Source: Lama glama
Lineage: Eukaryota
DNA length: 64,000 nucleotides
Direction: 5' to 3'
Assembly: GCA_028534125.1 (NCBI GenBank)
Contig: CM052817.1
Location: 98,334,001 to 98,398,000 of the forward strand
Shown here: piece by piece, positions 63,158 to 64,000 of the stretch
How the letters are laid out: each line of letters opens with the position of its first letter
How positions within the stretch are numbered: position 1 is the first letter of the stretch
Position numbers and translations under genes: made by a program
Notes under the pieces: model-generated
Database searches by the model: none
The model's input: the letters and a program-made list of their open reading frames with translations, nothing else
Told to the model about the DNA's origin: nothing

Positions 63158-64000
63158 GTCCATTGATGGATGAATGGGTAAGAAGGTGTGATATATACAC
63201 ACAACAAGCTATTACTCAACCACTAAAAAAATAAAAAGAATGAAATCTTGCCATTTGTGACAACTTTGGATGGATTTGAAGGGTATCATGCTAAGTGAAA
63301 TCAGACAGACAGAGAAAGACAAATGCTGTATGATTTCACCTACATGTGGAATATAAAAAGCAAAACAAATGAACAGACATAATGAAACAGAAACAGAGTC
63401 ATAGATGCAAACAGGTTTTTGCCAGAGGGGTGGGTGGGGAAGACAGAAACAGGTGACAAAGATTAAGAAGTACAAACTTCCAGTTGTAAAATATAAGAGT
63501 CATGGGTATGAAATGTACAGTGTGTGGAATATAGTCAATGATTAGGCATGTATCATTGTATGGTGACAAATGCTAACCAGACTTGTGATCATTTTGAAAT
63601 GTACAGAAAATCAGACCCCAATGTTGTGTAACAGAAACTAACAGTGTTGTGGATCAAGTATACTTCAAAAACAAACAGACTCAATAGGATCAGATTTGCA
63701 GCTACCAAAGACAAGTGGAAGAAGGGGAAATTGGATGAAAGCAGTCAAAAAGTACAAACTTCCAGTTATAAGATAAATAAGTACTAGGGATCTAATGTAC
63801 AACATGATAAATATAGTTAACACTGCTGTACATTATACTTGAAAGTTGTAAGGAGAGTAAAACCTAAGAGTTCGCATCACAAGGAAATTTTTTTTTCCAT
63901 TTCTTACTTTTGTATGTACAGGAGATGATGGATATTCACTAAACTTACTGTGGTCATCATTCCATGACATATAAGTCAAATCATTATGATGTACACTGTA
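63158..64000 (+). mobile_element. 5'-truncated L1 3' end (L1MA-like), running off the window
   Basis: gtccattgatggatgaatgg...aatgaaatcttgccatttgtgacaac...gctaagtgaaatcagacagacagagaaagacaaat. The 3' UTR module aagtacaaacttccagtt occurs twice. Confidence 0.9.

Overview
AT-rich, CpG-depleted mammalian genomic DNA, probably camelid: one young tRNA-derived SINE of the camelid Vic-1 type is present, and I recognised no Alu, Bov, PRE or B1 elements. The only well-supported coding sequence is two minus-strand internal exons (56335-56191, 145 nt; 46984-46850, 135 nt). They splice in frame to a peptide I recognise from memory as the C-terminal half of IQCM (IQ motif containing M), and the second exon appears to use a non-canonical GC donor. 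The rest looks intronic and is dominated by transposon fossils: L2, MIR, several L1s (one near full length), ERVL/MaLR LTRs and two younger ERV1-type solo LTRs. Almost all ORFs in the supplied track are chance ORFs or repeat-derived. I found no convincing new biological system. The best leads are the GC donor, a cryptic EF-hand-like pattern in the IQCM peptide, a perfect 25-bp inverted repeat and an orphan internal L1 ORF2 patch. Repeat families were called by eye, and boundaries are approximate unless termini are quoted.
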